This document shows, piece by piece, positions 12,401 to 35,384 of a DNA stretch of 64,000 nucleotides. The DNA comes from Tubiluchus corallicola (lineage: Eukaryota > Animalia > Priapulida). The stretch lies in the NCBI GenBank assembly GCA_030141605.1, contig JAQGDQ010000022.1:1195832-1259831 (forward strand). Direction: 5' to 3'. The notes beneath the pieces are model-generated. The model was not told where the DNA came from. It searched no databases and saw only the letters and a program-made list of their open reading frames with translations. The position numbers and the translations under genes are program-made. Each line of letters begins with the position of its first letter. Position 1 is the stretch's first letter.

Positions 12401-15400
12401 TACAACACATCATGCATAAATATTGCATTAAGCTATAAACATTTTCCAAACAGTATGAAACAGAGTAGAGTAGGTCATAATTTCTAATTTTCATACTACT
12501 GCAAAGTATAAGTAGTTAGTCTTGGTAGGCACTAGATTAAAAAACTTACAAATATGTTTTATAATTCTTTATAAGAAGGTTTCTGCAGTTTGTTATGCAT
12601 ACACAAATTCACGCGGGACATACTAGCCATGATCTCAGGTAAAATGACATTTGATCGTGTAAGACATGAATGCGACGTTTGGGACATTTAGGACATTTAT
12701 AATTTTGTCAACTTCGTTTTGCCAATGGTTTTGAATCAGAAATTTTTTTGTTGTTTTGAACGTTCATGAATACACAGCTGCTTGATTATTTACTATATAT
12801 ATTCTTTTTTAATTCGTAGCTATAGTTACGACGAAATTGACGCCATTGCACAGTACCTTCTACAGCACACGAAACACAGACCACAACTTGGTATCATCCT
12901 GGGTACTGGATGTGGAGGTTTGGTGAACACAGTGGATGATCAGGAAATATTTAATTACGAAGACATTCCTAATTTTCCTGTCAGTACAGGTGAGTCATAG
13001 GATTGTACAGCTGGTGCCTGTATTAATAAAAACTACCAAACTAAATAAGTTTAGTTCTCGATCCAGTTTTGCAGGAATCTGTTTCGTACAATTATTGTAT
13101 GTAACTAGTGGGTTTATGTTGTCAGCGTGTGCTTTACTACATGTATTTTAGTGCCACCATTAGAAAGTGTGAGAAAAATGAGCACGTCCTAGCCCATGAT
13201 GCGCACGCTAGTTATTCACTTATTTGTGAAGCTATTATGAGCGTTTTTTGATGTCGTTGTAGCGTTAAGGAGAAAGTGACGACAGCTTCAAATCGATCCT
13301 GGAAAATTGCCAAGACTTGCTAGTATTGATCTTAAGCTACAGTAGCTACGTTTTGCTCGGACGGTTTACTATAGCGAGTAGTTACTTGTAAGATAAATGC
13401 TTCATTTGCAATAGGTAGATAAATCATTCGTTTACGTTACTTGCACACTGGAGGTTTTTAATTTCGGTTAATACATAACGCCATTACTGTCTAGTTCGTT
13501 CAATACTCACTCGCTTGGTAAACACGAAGTAGGTATACTTCGTAGACATGACATTTTTCTTTTGTGAGTAGTTCGACATACTGCATCACACTCACCTACA
13601 TAATGTAGATACTTGTGGCAGAACCAAAACGTAGTTGTCAAGGATAATTATCTAAACTGAAATGTATACTGAATCACCACACTACATTAAGGTGCCTTAG
13701 CCAATCCCAATGAGAGAAATGGTTAACAGCAGTATAGCAGTACAACTAGAAGTAGTGTTCTGGTAGTCACCCATTCATTAACTAAACACTAACCAGGTTT
13801 AACATTTTATTTCAGTGGTTAAACGTATACCATGCCACTAATCTGTTGTTTCGTGAATCGTACTAAATTTAACTATGTAATCGAGCAGACGCTTGCATTG
13901 AGCCCAGAATTAGTTTGAGGAATGCAGCAGTTTTCAGCACTTCTTAAGTTCCTGTGTATGCATGTGCAGAAATCCTACTTGGTTTGAACTTAGTTTGAGA
14001 TTATAATTAGACAAGAAACATTTGATTCTTTTTGTGACAGTCTGGTTTTCCATGGTGACGAATTTAATTATAAATTCATAAAACATGGCAACCACACTTG
14101 AACAATATATCACAAGTACAGCATATCAAGGTTTCGTGCTGCTTTTAGCCTTACTTATTTTTTATTTCATTCAATACACAATGGTTCTATATATAACATC
14201 CTTTGGTTGAAAGACTCAGATATGACGGTTCCAGGAAACCTTGGGTAGCGCGCGAAAATAAAACATACGTTTATTTGAGGAATGTGACAAAGGACCATAA
14301 AAAAATACGCTTTATTCTGAAACTTTTGAAGAACGTAATTTGACGCAGTAAATTAATAAAACTTCAGAAAAATCCATGACCCGTAGCTGTAAAATGTCTG
14401 TGCGAAAGAAAAGATACTAGTATGAGCTATTAATATAGTGAACAATAAAGCTTAATATTAGTTTAGAGCCTACAAAGCAATGTGTAAACAGAGAATACAT
14501 TAAGTTGCTGATTCAGATTCAAATTTAGTTAAGTTACAGATTCAGTTAAGGTACATTTTTCAAGGATGAGTCTGAAAAAAATAAGCGCTTTGGCTTAGTT
14601 ACCCGATTCTGTTCACAATAATATAGCACTTGAAATGATGATCAGGGCTTTTTTCTTCCCGGATGCCACTAGAAGTGCAAGAAAATCACTTGAGGAGATA
14701 TAATCTTTCTCTAAAAATTAAATTTAAATTGAAAATTGGTTACACTGTTCCTAAATCTTTACGCGCAAGCTCACACTCTCATATAAAGATCATTTTTGTA
14801 ATTGAATTTTCGGCCTGAATTATTTAAAGCACGCCTACGATACGTTTGCCACGTGCTCAACTATCACGTATCCCTCGTGGGTGGGTGTTGGTAGCTCACA
14901 CAAAACACACAAAAGTGTGACTGTATTATCATTTCTACATTTGATAGCTAGTTACCTGTGTTGTGTTTATTGACATTTATACCGGCAGCTGGTATATAAA
15001 CGTTCAATCAACACAAAACTAGTCGAACATCGTCATTTTCCGCATTTTTTTGCTTACTGGAGATTTTTCGTAATTTTTTTTCAATAGTTTTCCAGTTATG
15101 GGCTTGAGCGGAGCAATGCAAAGTTGAAAAGTATAAAGTATATATGCAAACAGTATTTGTGTATAAACTTGTGAGCTACAGTAATGAAAGCCAGTGACAA
15201 GGTGTTTGCGTTTCTGCGCTGTATTTGAAATCTGCATAAATTTAAATCAATGTCCATTTGCCTAGATAATTTGTTGACCATTTCTGTAGAACTAGGCCAT
15301 GAGATATAACATGGGTGCAGTTGTCCAGCGGTGTCTTATGTTTTCTAGTACAACAAAGCTGTATTGGGCTCGCTCTTTTGGCCTTGATCAGCAAAGTTTG

Positions 15401-18400
15401 TATGTGGTGCAGCTCCTGCAGTCGCCTTGCTTTAGTTGCTTACTACTAATTAGATTCTACTTTGGCTTGTTACTCTTCATTACGATCCCAGTACTATAGA
15501 ATTAAGCCTAGGTTGAGATATGTAGTCATATACACCAGACGATATTGCCAGTCATGCCTGTGAAGCCTGAGCATCAAGATTTCGTCTTACTCTATCTAGC
15601 ATGCGTTATGCAACTGATTCTGCAGAAACTGCTATTGTAGGGCCCACGCCTCTGTGCTGTAAAACATCCGCAGCCTTTGATTGGCTAAACCGCTGACACA
15701 CCCGCTTCTCGTGAGTGAGCATTTTTGCTAACGTCTGCAATTCTTTCCACTTGGTCATGGCCCATGGGCAACTGTTATAATCATAATTCTTGTAGAATGC
15801 AATCCAAAGCTGAAAGCAGATTTATATAAAAGCTTGCTTACACGTAGAAAACGTTATTGCTCTAGCTCTTATTGGTATGCTGTAGTTGAGTGGAGACAAA
15901 TACAAAAGGTAGCCTATTAAGAAATCAATTAACTGATACACATGTAATAAGTACAAATGCACGCCTTTTTTATTACCTTACCTTACACTTACACATGCAA
16001 CCAGGGCCTGAAATGTGTTAAACAATTAAGAGTAGCCTACTAATCATACACATTTTATTGCACAAAATAATTCCTAATAGTCATTGTTGTTTAACTGGGC
16101 AATTTTTAATTGCAATTCGATAGAAGCGTTTTCAGAACATGAAGCTAACATTTAAAGTACCTAGAATGTAAGAATTTTTTGTATCGCCATACGGCGAAGT
16201 ATGAGCTAACGTGAAGCTGCTGAACCATCTGATCATGTATGACGTCATTAGTGTGGGAGAGCTCCGTCTTTTCATCCTATATTGATTCAGTATCACGTGC
16301 AACACCTCCGTCTCATAATAAGCTGTAAGCTGTTGGCATAGTGCCAGCGTTTCTTTTATTGCCTCACGATAGAATGTAATTACTGTTATATGAGTGGTTA
16401 CAAGTTTACAGTACCATAGATGGTCCCAATTATTTTAAAACATAATATTACTTAAACATAATATTAGCCTAGAGTCAAGATAAGTAGCTAAGTGGTCACA
16501 GTGTGTGTTTGTTTTCGCCGTTAAGCAACCCCTGGGTGTTTTAGTAAATGGATGGTTATTGCAGAAAAAGCTACTTTTGAACGATTTTAATTATCTGCTA
16601 TTCACGTATACTAATCTCATTGAAAGAGCGAAGGTGTGTACAACGATAACACACATCTGAATGTGGATAAACATCGCTGCTGGTTCAGTGTCTCATCTTA
16701 CAGGATTATTTTTATGAGCTAGCTTCTGAATTCCGAACGGCCACAAACATACAATATTAGCAGCAAGTCGTGCTGTTGAGTATGGACTTCCATTTTGCAT
16801 GGAGATGATTTGTGGAAAAAATAGAAACATATATCACATTAATGCTCCATCGTGATTTTATCTGTACTGTATATTACTGAATTTGTATTTCGTAGTTTGT
16901 AGCTGCTTATAGAGCAGTAAAACCTTGATACATATTTCCACACCTACTGTCACTTTGTACTTACAAGTGTTTATATCATGGTAACATGTCAATATCCCCG
17001 CTGATTACAAGTAAACTTTTTTCTTATCTGATACCAATATTTAATTAACCTGGACCGAAAATAGTGTAGTTACTACTTATGCCTGGCCTTGTAGGCTGTT
17101 CGCAATCGTAAACAAACTTGTTGAACCATGTATCTATGATATTAATTACCGAAACACTGCAGATACATCTAAGGCAAGATAATGTTTAAAAATATTAAGT
17201 ACCTATTACAGCATAAACTAAACAATTACGAACATCTAGTAAAAAGAATTGGCAACAATATTTGTACTCATAGCAGTTTCCAAATATGTAGTTCATTTCT
17301 TAGTAATTTCTTAATTGGTTAAAACTGGGTGGCTATAAGCCATACTTTTAACGAAATTCTTTTACGGATCTTAAAACTATTCTTGAAAATATAATTAATT
17401 TGCTGTCTGTGTGGTTACCGCAATGATCGTATATTTACAATCTTGATTTAAACCATATAATTATTCTAGCTAATATGTGTTGTTCCCTAACATTTTGCTT
17501 AAAGTTTTCCTGAATATTTTGAACTAGATTTTCTACGGTGCAAGATGTATTGATATTAAGCGCATTCCGGGTTTGCATGGCATTTACAACTCGTAAACAG
17601 TCCAGAAGTAGTTGCTTACACAACAAACAATTTATCTGTTGACAAAACCCTTGACAATTAAGGGACGCTATATGCAATTGGGGGAAAACCAAAAACAACT
17701 CAGTGGAACAAATGAGGTCCAAATTTTTCAGAATTTGAAATCTGTTTGAAATCATATTGTTTGGAACAGGAATGTACATATTTTTAACCAAAACTAAAGT
17801 GAAAAACACTGGTGGGGCTAAAATTGTTAAAAACATGTCTTGCTTATAAGCAAAGACACTGTTAAAATCATATAGACAGTTAGACGAGAAACTAAATCAT
17901 AGTTTTTCTTAAAATATAAAGAACTTTGATTATTTGACTACCTTTCCGTATTTCTGGACCCCAAATTTAATAGACTTTCACATATTTACCTTTTTGCAAA
18001 TGATTTAATTAGTTGTATCCAAACCCCTGGACATATTTTCAATTACGTCATAAAAATTGCTCTTTGTGTATTATATTGTATATCTTCATCGTTTAACAAT
18101 TGGAGTTAATCTGTTTAGGTTAATAACTATACTTGTTTTTCTTTCAGTTCCTGGCCATGCGGGACGGTTAGTTTTTGGCAAATTATCAGGGAAAGATGTA
18201 GTGATGATGCAGGGACGGTTCCACACGTATGAAGGCTACCCTATCTCTACGGTACATAAGAAAAGATTTATTAACTTATCCAAGTCCAAAATGTCTCCAT
18301 TCAAACATGGCAGAAAATAAGTTTTCTTTCAAATGTGCAAAAATTTGCTTTCGTTTTTAATCGTTTTAAATAAAACCTTCAAACGGTTGCGTAAATATTC

Positions 18401-20630
18401 TACCTATTTAAGAGTGAAAAAGTCTATTAATTTCTTATTAGTCTACCTATGTGATGTAATTTATAGTTTTTCAAATTTGCCATTTTCCAGACTAGCTATA
18501 GGTAACCAATGAGAGATGTAGAAAAACATATTGATTTTTCTAGGTCAGCTAACTCAAGACTTGGCTTAGTGTATTTGGCACTTTAATTTATACATTACTC
18601 TGCCCATAGTTGTAATACTGCTTGTAGTACTAGCTAATATCATTAGCACCAGTGATTTTTGTAAGCCTGTACCTAGTGTACTTCTGTATTATTATCTGTA
18701 CCTTTTTCTACTGTGTTTCAAAATTTATGTCGCTATTAGTTTTGCTGGGAAATGAAGTTTGAACGTTTTAAACTTAAAAAAATCAGTTGTTGCATTTTTC
18801 ATTTATGTTGAAATCTTTATATATATATATATATATAAATTCTGAGCTGCATGCATAAGTTTGAATAAAAATACTTGCACGGCAGCTGTCTGTAACTTAT
18901 CTTGTGTATAAAAATTTGTTTGCGTGTATAAGCTATTAGTTATACATATGTAAGTTATTTTATTTCAGTGTGCAATGCCAGTCAGAGTATTTAAGCTTAT
19001 GGGAGCAAAAGCCATGATAGTCACTAATGCTTCTGGTGGTTTAAATCCAGCATTCAACGTTGGTGATCTTATGATAATCAAAGATCAGCTATACTTTCCT
19101 GGTTTTGCAGGTGATAATCCTCTTCGAGGCATCAACGATGACAGGTGCAAACTTTTTCTTTTAAAATTATCAGCTCTAGCATGGATCTTTGGAATATTAT
19201 GATTAATATCATATATAGGAGTAGTGCTTTTTGTAGTCTCATCTAGTTACTTAGATTATACCGCTGTCATAGCAATGAAAGTATCTGCAGCTTCCAGGAC
19301 AGAAAAAAAGTAAAAACTTTCAAGCTTGATATATTTTTATATTATTCATTTTCCCAATCAAGCAATTTTATTAAGGGTTATGGAACCAACGTCAACATTA
19401 TTAATCATTTTGGAATAAAGTTTTGAGTACAGAACACTGTTCAAATTTCATGATAAGTGATGTACTAATGTTGAAACGATATAAATTGCACTGCCCATTT
19501 GTTTTTGCCATTTTAATTAAATTCTAGTCAATTTTTTTAAACTTATAGGTATTTTGTATTGCATGCATGTTGCTATGTGTAGCATACCTATACAAATATG
19601 AAGCTCTCACTCTCCACATTCACCAAAAATTTCTCCATAGAACACAGTAAAACAAAAGCACTACATAATTGCTCCTACATGCATTGATAAATGTCACAGT
19701 TTTTTTATGTATTTTATTTTTACGATGATCTTATATTTCATCTTTGCAGATTTGGTCCACGTTTTGTAGCAATGAGTAACGCGTATGACGTAAAGCTACG
19801 TAAACTGTCTCACAAGATTGGCAAAGAGCTGGGATTCGAGGACTTCATGCGCGAGGGTGTTTACACAATGCTTGGTGGTCCTTCTTTTGAAACAATAGCT
19901 GAAGGTAGAATGTTGCGCCTTCTAGGAGGAGACTGTGTTGGTAGGTGCTTCTCAGTTAAATCTACTTGTAGTAACTGCACATGTTGGCCCATTGAGTCAC
20001 AATATTGATTTACAAGCAACTAATGGCAAGCTATCTTGCATTCTGCGAGGTTTCCAAGAAACCTGTGAAATTATTGAACTTGCTTAAATGTTCGCACTTT
20101 TGAATTAGCTGAACACTATTAACAATTCAACTGCGACAAAAATTTTTCCTGATGTTAAGTGGAGGTAAGTAATAAATATTGCATGCACTATTTATTTTGG
20201 TAGAATTCTTGAGCAGAATTGATTTTGCTACTTTATTTGTGTCAAAATATTTCTGGTTTTATTGATTATTTGGCTACTTGTGATGAAGGGGGTTTAAAAT
20301 TGATGGCCATATCACTATTATCTTTGTTTATATCTTTGACACACTGCATCTGCATTTATCTCATTTACATGCATCATGTGAACATTGCCATCTGTTTCAT
20401 AGCTGTCTATCTGTCCAGGTATGAGCACTTGTCATGAAGTAATAGTTGCCAGGCACTGCGGTATGGACGTCCTTGGCATATCCATGATTACGAATATGAT
20501 TGTTATGGACTACGAGGACCAAAGACTGGCAAACCACGAGGAGGTGTTGGAGACGGGCCGAAAGCGCAGTGAAGACATTCAAAAATTGGTACGACACATT
20601 GTAGCAAGAATGGAGATACCGGCCGAATAG
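9436..20630 (+). CDS. PNP: Purine nucleoside phosphorylase (trimeric, inosine/guanosine-type), 292 aa
   Basis: Exons 9436-9461, 12820-12989, 18148-18251, 18969-19144, 19750-19940, 20419-20630 (879 nt, all GT-AG, phases consistent). Motifs [52 protein letters not shown]. Exon 1 (MEKVLHTS) is the least certain. Confidence 0.96.
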
Positions 20631-20727
20631 GGAAATGGGGAAGGAGGTTAAGTCAGTCTTACTGTAAAAAGATCTGTAAGTTGCTGAACGTCGTTAATTG
20701 TCATCATAATTTATTTACTTGGTTCGT

Positions 20728-20769
20728 GCAAGTGAGATATAGTTGTCAGCAAGTGAGATATAGTTGTCA
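20728..20769. repeat. Perfect 21-bp tandem duplication in PNP 3' UTR
   Basis: GCAAGTGAGATATAGTTGTCA x2. Confidence 0.9.
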
Positions 20770-22547
20770 GGTTTTTCATAAGCCTACAAGTTTATCAAGC
20801 AAACCGGTCTGTTTAGTTGAGATTTTCGTAGGTCACTGTGGGACAGGGAGTGGGTGTAAATTTACCACCTATGGCACATTGCATGTCTGTGTTGTATGCA
20901 CTGCAGAAAAAATGTAAAAATGTTTAGTCCAGTTCTCATAATTTCAATTCACAACTGGTTATAGTTATTTTCATAGTACAGGAGTGGAAAGTTGGACAAG
21001 TGTTGGATTTTCATTTGGTTTGTACTAAATGGCATGTATTTAATTGCTATAATTGTCTAAAACTCACCGTGACCATGTCCCAATGCACAACATAATATGT
21101 GCCAGCGTTGTTTGCTTACTGCCTGTCTGATACCTTGCACAGTATTTTTCAGATTATATTTGGAATAAATTTTTAAATTATTTATAATGCCAGCAAAATG
21201 ATTTGTCTGATAATTAATGAGGCCCCATATCATTTAGGGATCTAACTTGGATTGACATATCATTGGTACCATGCATTTCCATAATTGAAATTTTGGCTAA
21301 ATTGTATCAGCCTTTATTGCACAAACAGGTGTTTTTACTGTATTTGCTCGATCCATAGTTAAATATTTATGCACAGCAATGTACTCAAAATTATCAACTT
21401 GTAAAAGGATACCGACAAAAAGCATTGTACAAGTAACAATTAACTTATAGCTGTGTTTTTTGTACTATTCTGCTACTTTTTCAGTTTGCACTCTGATACT
21501 CTTGTGTATGACGAATGATACAGAAACTGTGTGCATTTAATTACTCAGTTTGCTCAGTTAAGGCACACTCTAATCATTGATATTATAAATTATGGAACCA
21601 AGCATAAAAATTTATTGCCAAATTAATAACGTATAATTTGATGTTATCCCGTTTTACTCATACAAAATCAAGCTTGCACAACTTTATACCTCACATTTAA
21701 ATGGCACTAATCATTGTTCTTCAAACCAGTGCACACCAGTTATTGTGATCGAAAATAACTTATTATTTGTTAATGAGTATTTAGTCAAATTTTAGTAATC
21801 TTGCTGGGTTATTGTTTTGGTTAATATTATGTTTCCGAATCTCGGTGTTAATAGAATATGTAGCTGCCTACATTTTAAATGCAAACTGTATAATATTTTT
21901 TCTCTAGTGTGTATGTATATATATATAATGTATTTAAACTTAAATTTTGTTACAGTTGTTTATCTGGACTGTATATCTTTAAAATTTAAGTTGATGTACT
22001 TGAATTGGTAAAAACACTGCACCTGTTTTAAACTGTAAAACAGATGTAATTTATACATGTGTAATGTGTACAATCGAAAATTCTGTAAAGCTGTAATTTT
22101 GTTTACTCATACATAATAGAAATTTGAATGTTAGCTTTCAGGAAAAGTTAAGTAATGTCCGGGTAGCTCAAGTAATCCGGGTCGTTGGATTACTATGCAC
22201 TGTAGTATAATTCACAAGGTATTGATTAAAGAGTACATTAAGCTTAAAGATTTATATTAAATTGTGTCACTTCCAGGTGCCCCTCATTAACAATGTCCTG
22301 TCATTGACAATAACGTTTGCTTATATCACAAGTTCTTTTTTATAAATATACTGTGAAGTCATAAGCTACAGACTTTTACATAGTTATAAAAAATTGAAAT
22401 GTTATAATGTTACACTAAGCTTGCCAAATGTTCATCTTACCCGAGTATGTTTATTTTGGCTGTTGTTTAACCGCTGATTTACTGTTATATACTTATGAGT
22501 AAACTTTGTTTGGGTCCACTCTGTCATTATTACCTGCATACTCAATG

Positions 22548-22553
22548 AATAAA
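22548..22553 (+). terminator. Candidate distal PNP polyadenylation signal
   Basis: AATAAA followed by A-rich then T-rich sequence. A minus-strand AATAAA (Rab2 side) lies about 200 bp further on. Other AATAAA candidates exist. Confidence 0.3.
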
Positions 22554-24970
22554 ACTGTAACAAAAAAGTATCACTGAAAGTAATTTTCTCATTGTTTTAC
22601 GTTATCTGAATGAATGTCAACAGAAAATATTCTCAATTAACTGTTTGGTTTTCTTAGTTAGTCACACTTTTATACAGTAATAACATTTGAAGAGACCGAC
22701 TCTTGTGAAATTCCAAACATCACAACACATATTTTTACTATTAGTGCAGGATAAATTGTTTTATTTATCAGGTTATACATGGGGATAAAGAAGAATTTTA
22801 TCACATCCATATAACTTTTTGCCCAAGCTAATAAACTGTACATCAAGAGTTACTACAAACTTTAAGTGTTGCAGGACCAACAAGATACTACATTAATTAT
22901 GGTAACTGTGGTCATTTTCAAATAAATACCTTGTACAATTAAACATTTGATTGTGTAAATCAAAACTAAACTAGAAATACACTTTCCATCACAGCACTAC
23001 ACTGCCAATAAAAGTGGTATTACAAAGTTTTTCTTTCACATTTCATCAATGAGCATGTAATGAAACAAATCTATATCAAATGGAAGTAACAATATGATGC
23101 GTTGACAAGAATTTTTTATACATCCGTTAATGATGGTGACTGTAACCTGTTTGCTAAATGGCTTGGTCAGCAAGTGATCAGTCAATAATTAATCATTACA
23201 ATGGACATTATGACAAAACTGAATGTGAATGCTGCGGTAGTTTTTATCAAGACTACATCTTTTTTGTAAGATAAATGCCAGATTTGGAGCTACTCTTGAA
23301 AAAACCTGTTTCCTTTTTGAGAGCAAAAATGGGTTAACTACATCATATAAAAGATAAATAATTACAACCTGCTGCCCCCGACAACTCCAGCTTATCACAA
23401 ATGAGTTTAACACATCTGAAACCAGGTAGTGTCAGGATTCATCAAAAAAGGTGTTTTAGAAGAAGAGAAATCCAGGCCAGTTAACTTACTACACTACAAG
23501 AGCTTATTATATATTATATACATGCAAGCAGCTGTGATAAGGTAAGCTGATTATATTCACATGCATAAAAAACAAAATAAATATGCACAATGGATGTGAC
23601 TTTCATGAAAACATAAATCAAGATAAATATATATATATATAGCAAATATACATAAAGTATAATGATAATGATTATCAACACTTTTACATCAACGTCAGCA
23701 AACACAAACAAAGTGACTTCAGCTGGGACGTAGGTGAGCAACACAAACATCAAAGAAATAAGCGAAAATTTTTGGTGAAATGTAAAATGAAGAAAACATA
23801 ACCTCTAGTGCAAAATCAAATTGTTAAACGATTCTTGCAATTCTAAGCCATATTATCATTCTTACTTATGAACTGTGTGATAAGCTATGAGATAATATTC
23901 AAGTGGCAGCATTATAAACATATTTTACGATAAAAACAACTGGCAATGTAAATAAATTCCAAAATAACGAGTCTTGATAACTACTTTAGCAACAAGCAAA
24001 AGCTGGATTGAGTAACCTAATAATGACATACAATTCTCCATTCGAGCTCATCTTGTGTAAAATTAGCGCACTAATATTTGAATACGTATAGATATGCACA
24101 AATAGGACAGGGCCATTTAATTAGACCACGACCTACAGACTACTGAACTGTTTGTTTGTTCTTAGTTAAAGATAGTGGTGATATTGATAGATCTATAGAT
24201 TTAGGAAAATTTATTTGAGAAATTGATAGGATAGCAAATCACGAATATATGACATTTTATATATTATATGGTGGGTATACGAAACTCATTACCTCTAAAA
24301 TTTATTTTTCAAAAGACTGATAGATATACTTACCACCTAGTTATCAAAGTATGCTAATTATAAATGGGAACACATATCAAGTACCCATTAGTGACTAGCA
24401 GCAAAGCCAACACAGAATCTACTGATGCTATATTTTATTTTACTGATACATTTTTTGTCTGTATTGTTACATTACTTTTAGAATACTTTTAACTACACGA
24501 CAGTACATGCAAAGCTAGTCTGTTGCAGTTATAAATTCCTTAACACACAGGAAATGTTGAGCAGCTTTGCTTTTATTGTTCTTGGTAAATAACCTCATTT
24601 GCAATACAGACTAGGCAAAAATTAACTGTTTGTTAATTATAGATTAAAGGTTTCTGTTTTTTCCATCTTAACTGTTAACAGTATAGTCTTTTCTAAAAAA
24701 CGTTTACAAGAACACAGAATTTTAAAGTTTGATTACTGCTGCCAATGTAATTGGGGAAAAAATACAAGAACTTTTCAAAAGCCTTAAAATGGATTCCTGT
24801 ATAATGCTGAGATATATGTAAATTCTACGCCAACAGCAAGCTCTTGGTTACACTTTGCCTTAGAATTAATACACCCATAAAAGCCTTCTATGCAGAGTTG
24901 AAGATATTCGTACCAGCCGTGTTTTATACTGATAATTAAAAACGTGAAACAATTGCAGATGCAGCCGTTT

Positions 24971-33831
<8,861 letters not shown>

Positions 33832-35384
33832 TGTGCACGTTGATTCTTTTCGCTAATTAACTAGATTAAACGAAACTAAAATTTCATTCTCAGTATTTTA
33901 CGTTTATCTTCTTCTAGCTGTTCTCTTGTTGAAGCTGTATGAAATCCGGCCGAGAGCGATGCACTACTTTAAACAGTAATCTCTACGATACACACCCAAA
34001 AACTAGAGTATAGACCGCTTACGCAGTTACATTTCGGCTGCTCTCTTCTATTTAACATAGCTACGCACATTTGTTACATATGAATAGTCTTAATGCGTAG
34101 AAAACTCTTACGGGTTATGTAGTATATCAGACACACTTTTAGCTATACTTCTATGACGCTAGCACAACATTAAATATTTTAAAAACAGGAAAATTTTTAT
34201 TGATTTAACGTATGTATGTTTCATTATATATATGAGTCAGAAAAAATACTAACTCTTGAGCAAAAATCTAACAAAGGTATTTGAAAAAAAACATGTATCT
34301 TTACAAGTCAAACTGCGACTTTTGTCTACCTAACAGATAGGCGGATGCAAAATGTGTTTTCGATAATAAATGGTGCTGAAACTTAAAAAACAAACTATCA
34401 ATAACTCATTTAATTAGTATATGTTGAAACTTAAAAAACAAACAGCAAGGAACAGTAAAACTCAAGATGTGAGTTTAAGGACTGCGCATTAGCCATGATA
34501 ATCAACTGTATCATGCGAATAGTAACATGTGAATCAATTACTAATTAGGCAGTAATTGTGGTACTTTTTTAAAGTAGGTAACAAGTCTTACAGAAGAAAT
34601 AGTACTACTAATATTACCAATAAATATAAGCGCTCAAAGACCATCAACTTTTAGCTGATTGAGCAACCAACCAAACTGTACAAGTCAATTACATGTATAT
34701 TATTAGAAGTCCTTGTTACAAACCACATTGTAGCCTCTAATAAGTAAGTAAATACAAGTCCTCATATACCGCATAGTGTCTACTGATATTTGTCAGCACA
34801 GTTAGTGCAGATCACACACTGGTATGCAAATTAAAATTAATAACGCAATTCTTTTTCAGCCCAAATTTCTGTCCCTAAGGCAAGACTTCAGCTACGGAAA
34901 AACAAACGAGATGATGTGGAATGCTAAACAGAAGCATAAGAAGCCTTGAAATTCTAAATTACACACCCGAGAAAGCTTTTATTTATTCAGCACGCTACCC
35001 ACCCTCAATTTCCAAATTCACTTTTTGAAAACGCCATAATTTGTCTACCCTTGTCTATGTAACAGCTGCCAGTTACACTACTTTCTTTGTTCAAGCATAA
35101 CTTATGACCAAAAAAACAATAGTAATAAATTTTCAATTTAATGCAAAAGCACAATCAAGACGAAATTCTTTGCTTAACATGTTTAATTGCCTAATTTAAT
35201 TATGCTACGAATAAGCTACACTGATCACACCATAATTTTTAAATGATATTATTTGGTGCATTGACTTACAAAACATTACACAAATAAAAACAGCAATCAA
35301 AATTTTAAACATTAAAATTAATAAAACAATTTTCAGTGATTACACAGTCTATTTACAAAATAAGAACAGTTTCCTACAAAAGTG

